The notes: a model not told the origin generated them from the sequence alone. DNA of 29,986 nucleotides from Candidatus Sysuiplasma jiujiangense (GCA_019721075.1 JAHEAD010000011.1:62001-91986), one strand, 5' to 3'; shown: positions 18,619 to 28,058, counted from the stretch's first letter. Numbers and translations: made by a program.

Positions 18619-19014
18619 ATGAGTGAAAAGATGGTTAGCAGAGGAGTCGAAATCGGGATTCACCTTGCACCGGGCCTTGCAGATGAAGCGTTCGTGGCCC
18701 TCGCGCTTGGAAACTTGGCCGCCTACAAGCTCGCTTCGGAGCGAAAGGAAAGGCTGCAGTGGCAGGTGCTAAGGGTTACGGGAGGAGATGCGCACCATTT
18801 CAGGCTTGTCGTAAGACATCCCGACAGAATGATGGATCCGGGATTGCGCAAGAGACTGGAGGAACACATGATGGATATGTCATCAATGTCAGAAGCGAAG
18901 CTGAAGGCAGCCTTCGACGAGGCGGAGAAGAACGGGCTGAAACCGTTGCCGCTGCGAACCGTTGCCGAAGATCTGGACTTATGGAGCGATAACTTCTGGA
19001 ACTGGCTTGGATAA
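18619..19014 (+). CDS. Hypothetical protein (131 aa) with a Trp-rich C-terminus
   Basis: Protein-like composition, an AT-rich promoter-like stretch upstream and an inverted repeat downstream. Confidence 0.75.
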   Translation: MSEKMVSRGVEIGIHLAPGLADEAFVALALGNLAAYKLASERKERLQWQVLRVTGGDAHHFRLVVRHPDRMMDPGLRKRLEEHMMDMSSMSEAKLKAAFDEAEKNGLKPLPLRTVAEDLDLWSDNFWNWLG

Positions 19015-19024
19015 ACGGACAAAA

Positions 19025-19065
19025 CGTGAAGAAATGTGTGATTTGAAATTCTGTCGTTCTTCACG
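19025..19065 (+). terminator. Stem-loop downstream of the 131-aa gene (terminator or stabiliser candidate)
   Basis: Perfect 9-bp inverted repeat CGTGAAGAA / TTCTTCACG. Confidence 0.4.
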
Positions 19066-19439
19066 ACCTTCGATCGGCGAATGTTAAAAATATCTCCACT
19101 AATCAGAGTTGTTCTGAGGCCGTTGAAAACACACGCCGAATAAGGGAAATGACCGCTTCATAGCACTGTGCAGCAAACTGCAGATGCTTAGGTGGCTCGT
19201 TGATACAGTAATGCCCATGGTTATCAGAAGGAAGGGCTGACGAGCTAAGGCTGCTGGAACCAGTTTGGCAGGCTCTATGGATCGACTGCAGTAGCGCATA
19301 CAGACTGCAATCTCAAGCCGTGCCTTCAAGCATTTCGGCATATCGCTCGACTTCCTCTATTATAACCCTTCAAACTTTTCCAGATACATATAGTCGCTTG
19401 ATGACATAGACAACTTAATACCACAGAGGGGAAAGCAAA

Positions 19440-19709
19440 GGACTGCGGAAGGGACCTGCGTCTCATGTGCATCTCGCGCCTGTGCAGCAGAGATCTTAGC
19501 ATACCGCCGCTCCACATGTCATATCCAGGCAACGCCCTCATGCACACAGTCGTCCTGAGGTGGGCATTGTTCAGGCGTTTCCTTCTCTTCGTCGTCTGTA
19601 TGCCTGCAGCATCCTCATTTATGAATTCCGCAGTCTACTTTGAGAAGAACTGCATGCTGACTGCAAGTAGTTCCCCGACGGCGCCGATGGGTGTGCCTTC
19701 ACCCCTCAT
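19440..19709 (-). mobile_element. Remnant of an IS630-like (or IS481-like) transposase N-terminal HTH region
   Basis: Reads MRGEGTPIGAVGELLAVSMQFFSK*TAEFINEDAAGIQTTKRRKR...PGYDMWSGGMLRSLLHRR. This fits the HTH plus winged-helix pattern with the conserved W mutated to TAG; there is no DDE domain. Confidence 0.6.
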
Positions 19710-19942
19710 AGTTAATCACGAGCACAAGTCTGTTTTCGCGCTTGCGTGTTCAATCGTCCATAAATGCAGACGTGACGTATTCTGATTGCATGAAAGCTGG
19801 ATTCCCGGCTCTGGAGCCGTAATCATACCCATATCAAGGAAGGTTAACTTTTACTTGACTTCCCCCTTACTATAAGAAACTGTGATGAAAACTTTCGACT
19901 CCCTACGATAATCATCGGAGTAAAGTATGAAACCTACCTGTC

Positions 19943-21151
19943 TTACTCAAACATGCATATCGGAAGACAAGCCCAAGATTGCGGTTTCGCACCGAGACCC
20001 TGTCCTGTTATAGAGTTGAAATACTCACTGTAGTCACTTGCTGTCATTGCATTCAACGACTTTTCTGCCAATTCGTCTGCAAGATTGCTTCTTCCAGATC
20101 TTACAGCAGCCACCCAGAACAGGTAGTTCAATTGCGGCCATCCTGCACCTCTCCAATAACCGCCCGGCTCGAAGAATGGCTCTGACTTGTCAGTTCCAGC
20201 CACACCAAACCTAGATTCAAGCCGTCCACCGATTTCGATATCTCTAAACGCTTTACTTACAGCGCCCCTATTTCTCGAAACCATGACCGGAAGCAGTCCT
20301 TCAGCCGTCCTAGCCGATGAAGAATGTTTCCTCACAGAAGTCACGTCTTTCCAAGTGCCAAGCTCCTCATCCCACGACTTATCAAGTGCGTCGATTATCG
20401 ATCCCGCCTGCTCAAGAAGTCTCTCGTTTCCAGTAACATGATATAGCTCAATCATATTGAAAGCGGTTAACGCGTTGAATGCCGCCGACTCAACAATGAA
20501 CTGTGAACTTGAGATCGACGATCCAGTGGAAGAGCATTTAAGCGAACGCACAAACTCCGACTTTCGTTCCTTCCAGGCGATAGCGTCAAACTTCCCATTT
20601 GACCAGGAATCCCAGCGGGGAGAGCTCCCGCAGCCTGCCTCCGAAGGGTGGAGTATGAACAACAAGCCATCCGGCGCTCTTCTGTGAGTCATAAGAAAAT
20701 TAAAGGCGTTCGCAGCCTTCTCTGCTAGACCAGTGACATCAATGCCAGATTCGTGCAGCAACCTTATTGAGTGACCGAACATCGGCGGCTGTGTTATGTC
20801 TGAATGACCCGGCTGCCTCCAGTCAGAAGTCGCAGCACTTGGATTGAATTGAAAACCCATGTGCGGGACAAAGCCATCCTTTAGCTGCCACCTGAAAACA
20901 GACGATAACTCGGTGATGGCTTTAGATTCATCTCCAATGGTCAACCAGATTATCGAATGAAAGCAGGAATCCCATAGCCAGCAGGCTGGGTATGACACGA
21001 TATTTGGAGCAGTATATCCAAACTCGTTCCTCCAATTATGAAGCATGATTGCACGTGCTCTTTCCCGTATCTCGGAAGCATTGTTTATCCGATGAATGTT
21101 TCTTCTTTCTTCTACAGCATCTGCAATATCAGCTTTTCTCTCCTGGTTCAT
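19943..21151 (-). CDS. GH63-like (MGH1-type) (alpha/alpha)6 glycoside hydrolase-family protein with a divergent active site
   Basis: YP..WLWDSCF, GFVPH, ITQPP, SPRWD, YWRG..WPQLNY, EYFN..TG.GLG and QSW motifs. Confidence 0.85.
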   Translation of the reverse strand: MNQERKADIADAVEERRNIHRINNASEIRERARAIMLHNWRNEFGYTAPNIVSYPACWLWDSCFHSIIWLTIGDESKAITELSSVFRWQLKDGFVPHMGFQFNPSAATSDWRQPGHSDITQPPMFGHSIRLLHESGIDVTGLAEKAANAFNFLMTHRRAPDGLLFILHPSEAGCGSSPRWDSWSNGKFDAIAWKERKSEFVRSLKCSSTGSSISSSQFIVESAAFNALTAFNMIELYHVTGNERLLEQAGSIIDALDKSWDEELGTWKDVTSVRKHSSSARTAEGLLPVMVSRNRGAVSKAFRDIEIGGRLESRFGVAGTDKSEPFFEPGGYWRGAGWPQLNYLFWVAAVRSGRSNLADELAEKSLNAMTASDYSEYFNSITGQGLGAKPQSWACLPICMFE

Positions 21152-21568
21152 GTCTCGGCAGAGTCATTCTAACTATAATACATGTAATTATCATTCGTCA
21201 TTCGACGCGTTCAGAGCACCGAAGTCAGTGGGCAACACTATCACACCCCGGAACTCTGAGGATTCATTACCTTGACTTCAACTGCTAAAAATATGAGGAG
21301 AGTTTACTTTTTCCAGGCTTTTCTCCAGAGACTAATGCGAGCAAATCTGTACACAGGAATACACAACACTTTGTTGACTTGTAGGTTTATTGATGGCTTT
21401 ACTAATCTGTTACAAATCAAAGTCTAAGTGAGTGTTTCATAATTTAAAAACTAAAACGTCTCCTCAATTTCGAACACAGCACCATCCATCCTGATCATTT
21501 TGTTCTCAATTTCCCACGTTCGTTACAGTCAATTTCGTTGTATCGTAAACTAAGTCCTGAATAGTGAT

Positions 21569-22010
21569 GTTGAGGCTAAGGACTGGTAAGGGGCATTGCG
21601 ACTGGACAGTGGCCACTTCAAAGCGTATCGTAAACAGCCGATGCGAACAAACGCTGCTCATCTTCGGCCGGCTTGAGTGACTCAGTAAGATCCAGGTAAG
21701 CCATAAACTCAACGAAGTTTTACCGCACTCCGCTGTATAGCGTATTCGACGGCATATGGCTTGGGGCGGCTTATGCCCTCGACAATCCTTAGGCGGAATG
21801 ATGTTTTGCCGAGTGCGGGAAACGCCGTTCTGATATATGGCATATGGTCAGAAAGGTGCTAGACCTCGACTTTCTTCAGGAAAAACCTGGTGAAAGCGGA
21901 ATGTACGGACGTCGTTCTGAGGCTTAAGTGTCCTCGTAATTTAGCGAGCATACTCCAACCAGCGTGTGAGCCGTGAATCGGGTCGTAATCTGACACGCCA
22001 GCGTCTCCCT
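21569..22010 (+). ncRNA. Candidate structured non-coding RNA region upstream of IS110 (bridge-RNA-like)
   Basis: Consecutive and nested hairpins with G-U pairs favouring the + strand, internal 87-88 nt periodic blocks, and a position 5' of an IS110 transposase. Confidence 0.45.
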
Positions 22011-22081
22011 GTATCAATTACCAGTCTACGGCCTACAGGCAACCGGAAACCCCTTTATCCAAAATAAAAGAGAATGATGAA

Positions 22082-23241
22082 ATGAAGCGCAACAATAAAA
22101 ACTAAGTGCTGAATGCCGAGGAAGTACGACAACAACAGCATAGGCATGGAGCAGATGTAGAAAGAGACACGGTCGGTGGCCGAGAGGATAGAGCTGCCGA
22201 TTGTCCATGCCATGGAGGTCACTGGCATATATCATGTAGACGTGCTGGCATTTCTGAATGAAAAACATGCAGCAGCATATTGCATAAATTCACTGCAGCC
22301 GAGAGGAAAACGACATGGAAAGTTGAGAAAGACAAATGATGCCGACTGCTAAATCATATCAGCTTAAGCAATGAAGAACCTTATGTGTCGAACGACCTGA
22401 GTGGTTGAAGGACACCCAAGACTCAAGGAAATAGCACGTTTGAGGCAGCGTGTCTTACAGAGCTCCTCCAGAACTGTAACGCAAATCAGAAGAGACTTGG
22501 ATTTACTTTGTCGTGGTCTGTCGTAGATAACGTATGAAGCGGACTCCCCTTTCAGCATGGGCAGCTGAAGCATTTCTGCCTCCACTCCAGGCCCTTCGCC
22601 AGGATCGCACACGATATTGAAAAAGTGATTTCGTCTTTCCATGAAGCGAACAAGAAGGCGAAGGAAAGGACAGCGGGACTTGCATTATTTTGCAGGAAGT
22701 AATTCGGTGGAGGGGATGGAGGATGCACTTGTTCACGAGGTGCGTTACCTGATTAGGAAACTGGAGCTGATAGGTGAGTGTATGGAGCATCATGAGAAGA
22801 AAATCAGAAAGGAGATGGATGAGAGGGGAAGCCTCGTCGTCACTGTTCCGACATATGACAGGTAATATCGGCAACCGTGGAGAGCTGGTAGGGAATCCAG
22901 CCAAGTTCAGTGATGAGAATGCAATAAGGGTGTTAGCCGGCCGCGATCCCGAAATGGAAGATGCCGGCCAATACCATTCCGTCGGACTGCATATATCGAA
23001 GTGGGGAATCGAATTGCTGAGGACAGCACTCTACGACAGCTCGCTCCCTGCCATCAGATGCAATTCTGCCTGTTCAGATCCGTACAAATGGTTCAAAGAA
23101 AGAGGAAAGCACGGCAGTCTGTGGCGCGTTGGAGTTGCCGTCAAGCTTCTTTGGCAGGCAACTGCCGTCGCGACAAAGGGAGAACCATTCAAAATCCCTG
23201 AGAGATATTTGAATTCCGCAACAGACAATCAGACGGCATGA
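22082..23241 (+). pseudogene. IS110-family transposase/recombinase, degraded
   Basis: KYDNNSIG, AMEVTGIYH (22212), RKTNDAD, LKEIARLR, AGRDPEMEDAG, HISKWG.ELLRTALY and RGKH...VGVAVKL motifs. Many stops and frameshifts; the N-terminal GID motif is missing. A TTGA motif lies about 12 nt after the stop. Confidence 0.92.
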
Positions 23242-23598
23242 GTGAAAAGCGGTTGATTTTTTCAATGAATCCACAGGCGGGAAAAAAGGATATATACATT
23301 CAGACCCTGCTTGGAGAAATGCATCATTTCAGCTCACGTCTTGACCAGACAAATGGAAAATTGATGTCCCAGTTCCAGTCAGTGTAATGTGTGTAGCTAA
23401 TTTTTGCCAAGAATGCCGACGAATAATTTACAGGATCGCAGGCTAATTCTTTACACCTGCAACCACTACGGTGAGTAGCAGGGTGCAGGAATTTGCTGGT
23501 AGAACAGGAATGGAACATTTTTAGTAAATGAACGGGCAATAATACGGTGTAAGTTCAGCCACCACTGGCGTCAGATATTGACAATTATGCACACTTTG

Positions 23599-25044
23599 TT
23601 ATTCATCGACTAGCTTTTCAGGCACATTAAGGAAACCCTCAACCCTGCCACCAATGTCCTTTGCCAAAGCAATATCTTTTAGCACCAGGCTGCTTTGTCT
23701 TCGCTGAAGCTGGCATGTCTTGCTATTGAATGATGAAAGGCCGAATTTCATGGTAAAACCGTCAGCCCATTCGTAATTGTCGACCAAGGTCCAGTGAAGA
23801 TAACCTCTAATATCCACCCCTTCCTCCAATGACTTCAAGACTTGGGCAAGATGGGAAACGATGAAATAAGATCTCAGGTTGTCCTTTTCGTCTGCGACAC
23901 CATTTTCTGAAACCCAAAGAGGCAGAGAGTATCTATTCCAGAACGATTTCAAAACTTCCGACAGCCCTTCAGGATAAATTTCCCAACCGAAGTCCGAAGT
24001 GGGTAGACCAGCCTTGCTCTTTGAGTTTTTTGTGCATCTCCTCCCATAGCCATCCGATTCAGAGAAGCCTGTGTTAGTCTTGTGAACAACGCACCTGGTG
24101 TAATAGTTCAGTCCGATCCAGTCAAGCCTTCCCTTCAGGTCACTTCTGAAGATACTACCCTTCCGGCCGAATTTGACTGCATCGAAGAATGGCCATCTTC
24201 GCTCTTCACAAGCCTGTTGTGCCGCTGTTTGATCCTCTGGCTTCTCCGGCACATAGGACGGTGCTCCGGATATTATACCCACCGGCTTTTCAGAAACTGA
24301 CTTGATCGCATCATATGCCCTCGCATGTGCCTCTATAAGGTTTGCCTCTACCCTTCTCGAAATGTCACCACCAAAGTAACCTGGCGGGAACTTTGGATAA
24401 AGCACGTTCGGTTCATTCATAGTGGAGTATGAAAGGACGAAATCGTCAAATTTGCTTGCTGCATATGCGGCGTAGAGTGCAAATTGCCCTGCAATATCCT
24501 TTGAAAGCCAGCCTGAAGGCGTCGCCTCGGGGCCAATATCCCTTACCTTGAGCGGATCGTGGAGCCATATCGGTAAGCTCCAGTGATAAAGGTTGAGTAT
24601 CAGAGATATGTCATGCGAACGGAGATCACGGAAAATCTCTGTGTACCTGCGCAATGCGTTCTTGTCAACAAACATGTCGAGCTTCTGTAATTGTTCTTTC
24701 TCTATCTCAATAGATAATATATTATCTCCATCCGTCCTGCAAACAGGTTTAGGTAAAGGTCCTGTAGGAAAAAGTCTTGACCACTCAATGGAAAGCCTTG
24801 CTATATCTAGACCGAGAAATGCCGCTTCCCTGTGGAAATCCTTGAAATGCTCTAGATACCCCGGTCCATCCTCAGGGAAATCCCCGCTGACTCGTCCAGC
24901 CACTATATTACTACTGTCATGCACCCATTTGTACCAATCTGTGTTTGAGTCTACGTTCAGCCTGTTCCCCATCTCCGACTGAAATGCAGATTGTGACCAG
25001 CCGAATCTGAACCCTTTAGGAAATCCATTCATTTGAATCGTCAA
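23599..25044 (-). CDS. GH1 beta-glycosidase (archaeal LacS/BgaS/CelB type)
   Basis: FPKGFRFGWSQSAFQSEMG, LNLYHW.LP.W, TMNEPN (acid/base), SENG (nucleophile) and DNYEWADGF motifs. Confidence 0.96.
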   Translation of the reverse strand: MTIQMNGFPKGFRFGWSQSAFQSEMGNRLNVDSNTDWYKWVHDSSNIVAGRVSGDFPEDGPGYLEHFKDFHREAAFLGLDIARLSIEWSRLFPTGPLPKPVCRTDGDNILSIEIEKEQLQKLDMFVDKNALRRYTEIFRDLRSHDISLILNLYHWSLPIWLHDPLKVRDIGPEATPSGWLSKDIAGQFALYAAYAASKFDDFVLSYSTMNEPNVLYPKFPPGYFGGDISRRVEANLIEAHARAYDAIKSVSEKPVGIISGAPSYVPEKPEDQTAAQQACEERRWPFFDAVKFGRKGSIFRSDLKGRLDWIGLNYYTRCVVHKTNTGFSESDGYGRRCTKNSKSKAGLPTSDFGWEIYPEGLSEVLKSFWNRYSLPLWVSENGVADEKDNLRSYFIVSHLAQVLKSLEEGVDIRGYLHWTLVDNYEWADGFTMKFGLSSFNSKTCQLQRRQSSLVLKDIALAKDIGGRVEGFLNVPEKLVDE

Positions 25045-25083
25045 ATCCCCTGAACATAAAAATACCTCGGCATACTTGTCGGA

Positions 25084-26292
25084 TTATGTGGATGCATAAA
25101 TCCGCCTTCTCTCGTCATTAGAGCTGCCCTGTTTCCCCAAACTCATAGAGTAGTTCAGCATTGAATTGCCATTTGAGTCAAACAGCTTCAGGTCATCCCT
25201 CTTTGCATAAAGCGAAATTCTGCTGTCCGTATCGATTGACACATCGCTGCTTACCGCTATATCATCATCCAATCCGTCCAGCCTTATAAGCACCCTGAAT
25301 ATTCCAGCGGAATAACTGCATATTTTTACAAAACCGTTACCGATCAATACCCAATAATCCGAACCCTTCAGTGAGGTATTATTCTCCTCCAGTACTTCAA
25401 GCGATTCCGGCCTGAAACCGACTCTTACCTCTGTATTGTTCTCCGGAACTATGGCAATCAGCTCATCTCTCCTGAAGCCCAGTTTACATCTATCACCCAA
25501 CTTTACTTCAACATCTTTGCCGGAACCCTGCGTCATTAAACCCTGTATGACACTCATCTCACCTATGGATCTTGCAACAGTTAAGTTACTGGGCTTGTGG
25601 TACAGGTCCGAAGTCCTGCCCATCTGGGCATTCCTGCCGTCTGTTATCGCAAGCGTGTCACTGGCGAGCGAAAATATGTCTGCAGGGTCGTGGGAAACTA
25701 TGATAGCAGTGATGCTCAGCTCCTTCTGAACAGTGCGGATGAGAGATCTAGCATTATCCTTGATGGTTGCATCAAGATTGCTAAAGGGCTCGTCAAGCAG
25801 CAGAAGAGAAGGGCTCTTGGAAAGAGCCCTTGCAACGGCCACTCTTTGCTGCTGCCCGCCGCTGATCCTGCCAGGCTTCCTGACTAGAATTTCAGTTATT
25901 CCCAGCATTTTCGCCAGATGCAGGACAGTCGACTCAATATCATTTTCATCCATCTTCTTCGCTCTGAGCGGAAAAGCTATGTTATCATAACTTGTGAGAT
26001 GAGGATAGAGAGCCCAAGTCTGGAATACCATGCCTATGTTCCTTTCCTCTATTGGCACTCTGATCTTTCCTTCCTCGGCGACGACCGTATTGTCGAACTT
26101 GACCTTTCCATGAGACGGTCCCTCCAGACCTGCAATTATCCGGAGGAGTGTCGTCTTTCCTGCTCCGCTCTGTCCAATTATGCCGAAGAAATTGCCATCT
26201 GCGACTTCGAAGCTGATATCATCTAGCACTTTGTTCTCAAGTTTCTTCTTCGTAAATATCTTAGTGACATTTTCAAGACCGATTTTGACCAT
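25084..26292 (-). CDS. Sugar ABC transporter ATP-binding protein (GlcV/MalK-like)
   Basis: GQSGAGKTT, VFQTWALYP, ISGGQQQRVA, LLLDEPFSNLD and VSHDPAD motifs. Confidence 0.95.
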   Translation of the reverse strand: MVKIGLENVTKIFTKKKLENKVLDDISFEVADGNFFGIIGQSGAGKTTLLRIIAGLEGPSHGKVKFDNTVVAEEGKIRVPIEERNIGMVFQTWALYPHLTSYDNIAFPLRAKKMDENDIESTVLHLAKMLGITEILVRKPGRISGGQQQRVAVARALSKSPSLLLLDEPFSNLDATIKDNARSLIRTVQKELSITAIIVSHDPADIFSLASDTLAITDGRNAQMGRTSDLYHKPSNLTVARSIGEMSVIQGLMTQGSGKDVEVKLGDRCKLGFRRDELIAIVPENNTEVRVGFRPESLEVLEENNTSLKGSDYWVLIGNGFVKICSYSAGIFRVLIRLDGLDDDIAVSSDVSIDTDSRISLYAKRDDLKLFDSNGNSMLNYSMSLGKQGSSNDERRRIYAST

Positions 26293-26298
26293 TCCAAA

Positions 26299-27132
26299 TC
26301 ACCCTTTCGAGCCGCTCCCGAGAGCAAGGAAACCACGCATAAAATATCTTCCGAGGAGTACAAATACAAGCAGAGGTATGAGCGATGCTACTAGAGCAGC
26401 TGCGAAACTGTCGTTGTAGAGTGTCCCGTAGCCTCCAGTGTATGAGAGCAGTGAGATTGAGGCAGTGTACATGTTGGGTGTTGAAGTCAGAACGAGCGGT
26501 ATGAAGAAGTTGTTCCATACCTCCACGAACGTGAGTATGAAGGTTGAGACCGCTCCTGCCAGTGTGAGAGGGAATGCCACTTTGCTGAATACAATCCAGT
26601 CACTCGCACCGTCAGCCCTGGCAGACTCAACTATGCTCTTCGGTAAATTACTCATGAATATCGTCATAAGCAATGCCCCGCCAGGCAGATGGAATATGAC
26701 GAAGGTGAATATCAGGCCAGGGTAGGTGTTGAACAGACCCAGTGTTGATAATATTTCAGTTATAGGGACGAGCGTTATCTGATATGGTATAAACGTGGCT
26801 ATCGCGATTATGACAAAGACAGTGTTGTTTGTCCAGGATCTGCCCTTGTAGAAGTAAAATGCAGCCAGTGCACCGATAAATGTAGAAATCGTTGCGGTCG
26901 CTATCGCAAGGATGAGGCTGTTAACAATTGGCAGTTCCAGCGCACTCGAAACTGTTATAAGAGGAGTGAAAGAGAGACCAGTAGGCTGCAGTATGGGTGT
27001 CGTCAGGACGCCTCCTGCCGATTTCATTCCGTCAATAAGCATGGTGTATACTGGTATTAGCCACAGGGCTGCAAGTATGATCAAAATGGCATGATGAATC
27101 GTTTTCTTCGCTATCTTCAGCGGCCTAATCAC
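26299..27132 (-). CDS. Sugar ABC transporter permease (GlcU/MalG-like)
   Basis: ESARADGA (EAA loop), WNNFFIPL and six TM helices. Confidence 0.95.
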   Translation of the reverse strand: MIRPLKIAKKTIHHAILIILAALWLIPVYTMLIDGMKSAGGVLTTPILQPTGLSFTPLITVSSALELPIVNSLILAIATATISTFIGALAAFYFYKGRSWTNNTVFVIIAIATFIPYQITLVPITEILSTLGLFNTYPGLIFTFVIFHLPGGALLMTIFMSNLPKSIVESARADGASDWIVFSKVAFPLTLAGAVSTFILTFVEVWNNFFIPLVLTSTPNMYTASISLLSYTGGYGTLYNDSFAAALVASLIPLLVFVLLGRYFMRGFLALGSGSKG

Positions 27133-28009
27133 CGGATATCCACCTCTTTACTCCAAACAGAGCATACGGGACGATGACGGCCGACGCTATTATGACAACA
27201 ATGATGCTAACTACAGATGCTTTTGAAAAAAACTCTGTTGTGAAATAATTGAACATCTGCTCGGCGAGCGTAATTGTGAAGGGGTCTAAACCAGTCGCCA
27301 CATAGGGCAGGCTGAACATTCTGAGAACGAAAAGGAATATGGTCACAGTGGCGACTATGAATGCATTTTTTGCCTCCGGCAGAAGTATTTTAAAGACAAT
27401 GGTGTGAGCCTTGGCTGCATCAGCTCTTGCTGACTCTATCACCTGGGAGGGAACACCCTGGAATGAGGAGTAATAGAATATCGCTGACAGGCCCGAATAT
27501 ATCCATATTGAGACAATTATCAGGCTCAGCTCAGAAGTTGATGGACTAGACAGACCGGAAAAGGTTGGTAAGTGCAACGCTACAAATATCGAATTGATAC
27601 CCTCCTGCGGATTGTAAAGCCAAGTCCAAATTACAGCCGAAGCAGCCAGTGAAATCGATATCGGGTACAGGAAAAGGGAATTATATACTGACTTCAGTTT
27701 CCCATTTTCGAGAAAAAATATCAGTGAAGCTATAAGGATTCCCAGCGCATTTGTAACCGCGAGGCACACTACCACCCAAAGCATTGTTCTACCAAAAGCA
27801 GTAACGAACAACGGGTCTCCCAGTACGGACGAGTAGGTGCCGAAACCAACAAATGGCGGATTGTGGGCATGAAGTATCGAGTAATCAAGAAATGAATAGT
27901 AAAGATTCCAGATTATGAAATATAAAAGGAATGCTGCAAAAAATAAGGTAGGGACCACGAACAGAAATGTCATCTTGCGCCTTCCAGAGGCGTGCCTTTC
28001 ACTGTTCAT
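27125..28009 (-). CDS. Sugar ABC transporter permease (GlcT/MalF-like)
   Basis: FVGFGTY, W.WLYNPQEGIN and IESARADAA motifs; overlaps the next gene by 8 nt. Confidence 0.95.
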   Translation of the reverse strand: MNSERHASGRRKMTFLFVVPTLFFAAFLLYFIIWNLYYSFLDYSILHAHNPPFVGFGTYSSVLGDPLFVTAFGRTMLWVVVCLAVTNALGILIASLIFFLENGKLKSVYNSLFLYPISISLAASAVIWTWLYNPQEGINSIFVALHLPTFSGLSSPSTSELSLIIVSIWIYSGLSAIFYYSSFQGVPSQVIESARADAAKAHTIVFKILLPEAKNAFIVATVTIFLFVLRMFSLPYVATGLDPFTITLAEQMFNYFTTEFFSKASVVSIIVVIIASAVIVPYALFGVKRWISGD

Positions 28010-28029
28010 GGTTCTCAGTTTGGAGTTTC

Positions 28030-28051
28030 CCAGCTGGTTTCTGCCAGCTGG
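28030..28051. repeat. Intra-operon stem-loop CCAGCTGG-TTTCTG-CCAGCTGG
   Basis: A self-complementary 8-mer occurs twice with a 6-nt spacer, just after the binding-protein stop codon. Confidence 0.6.
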
Positions 28052-28058
28052 TCATAGC

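Noticed and set aside
19116..19129. GAGGCCGTTGAAAA resembling an IS5/IS1182-type terminal repeat at the island's left border
   Set aside because: No partner repeat or matching transposase was found in the window, so it cannot be supported.
21260..21268. GGATTCATT, inverted match to AATGAATCC (23264-72) after the IS110 stop
   Set aside because: A 9-nt match over this distance is expected by chance, and IS110-group elements generally lack terminal inverted repeats.
21464..21536. TCAATTTC x3 as a CRISPR-like or iteron repeat
   Set aside because: Only 8 nt with irregular spacing and no cas genes. It is explicable as GAA-ATT-GA codons of a minus-strand gene remnant (WEIENKMIRMDGAVFEIEETF*).
21690..21895. 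Minus-strand resemblance to RNase P RNA (GAAGAAAGTC...GGCTTA)
   Set aside because: There is no room for P2/P3, the consensus is mismatched, and wobble pairs favour the plus strand.
21966..21985. GAGCCG...CGGGTC as group II intron domain V
   Set aside because: Far too short for the roughly 34-nt D5, with no D6 or RT remnant.
23456..23489. Hairpin CCTGCA..CTAC/GTAG..TGCAGG between IS110 and GH1
   Set aside because: An isolated hairpin with no supporting context; at most a terminator-like element.
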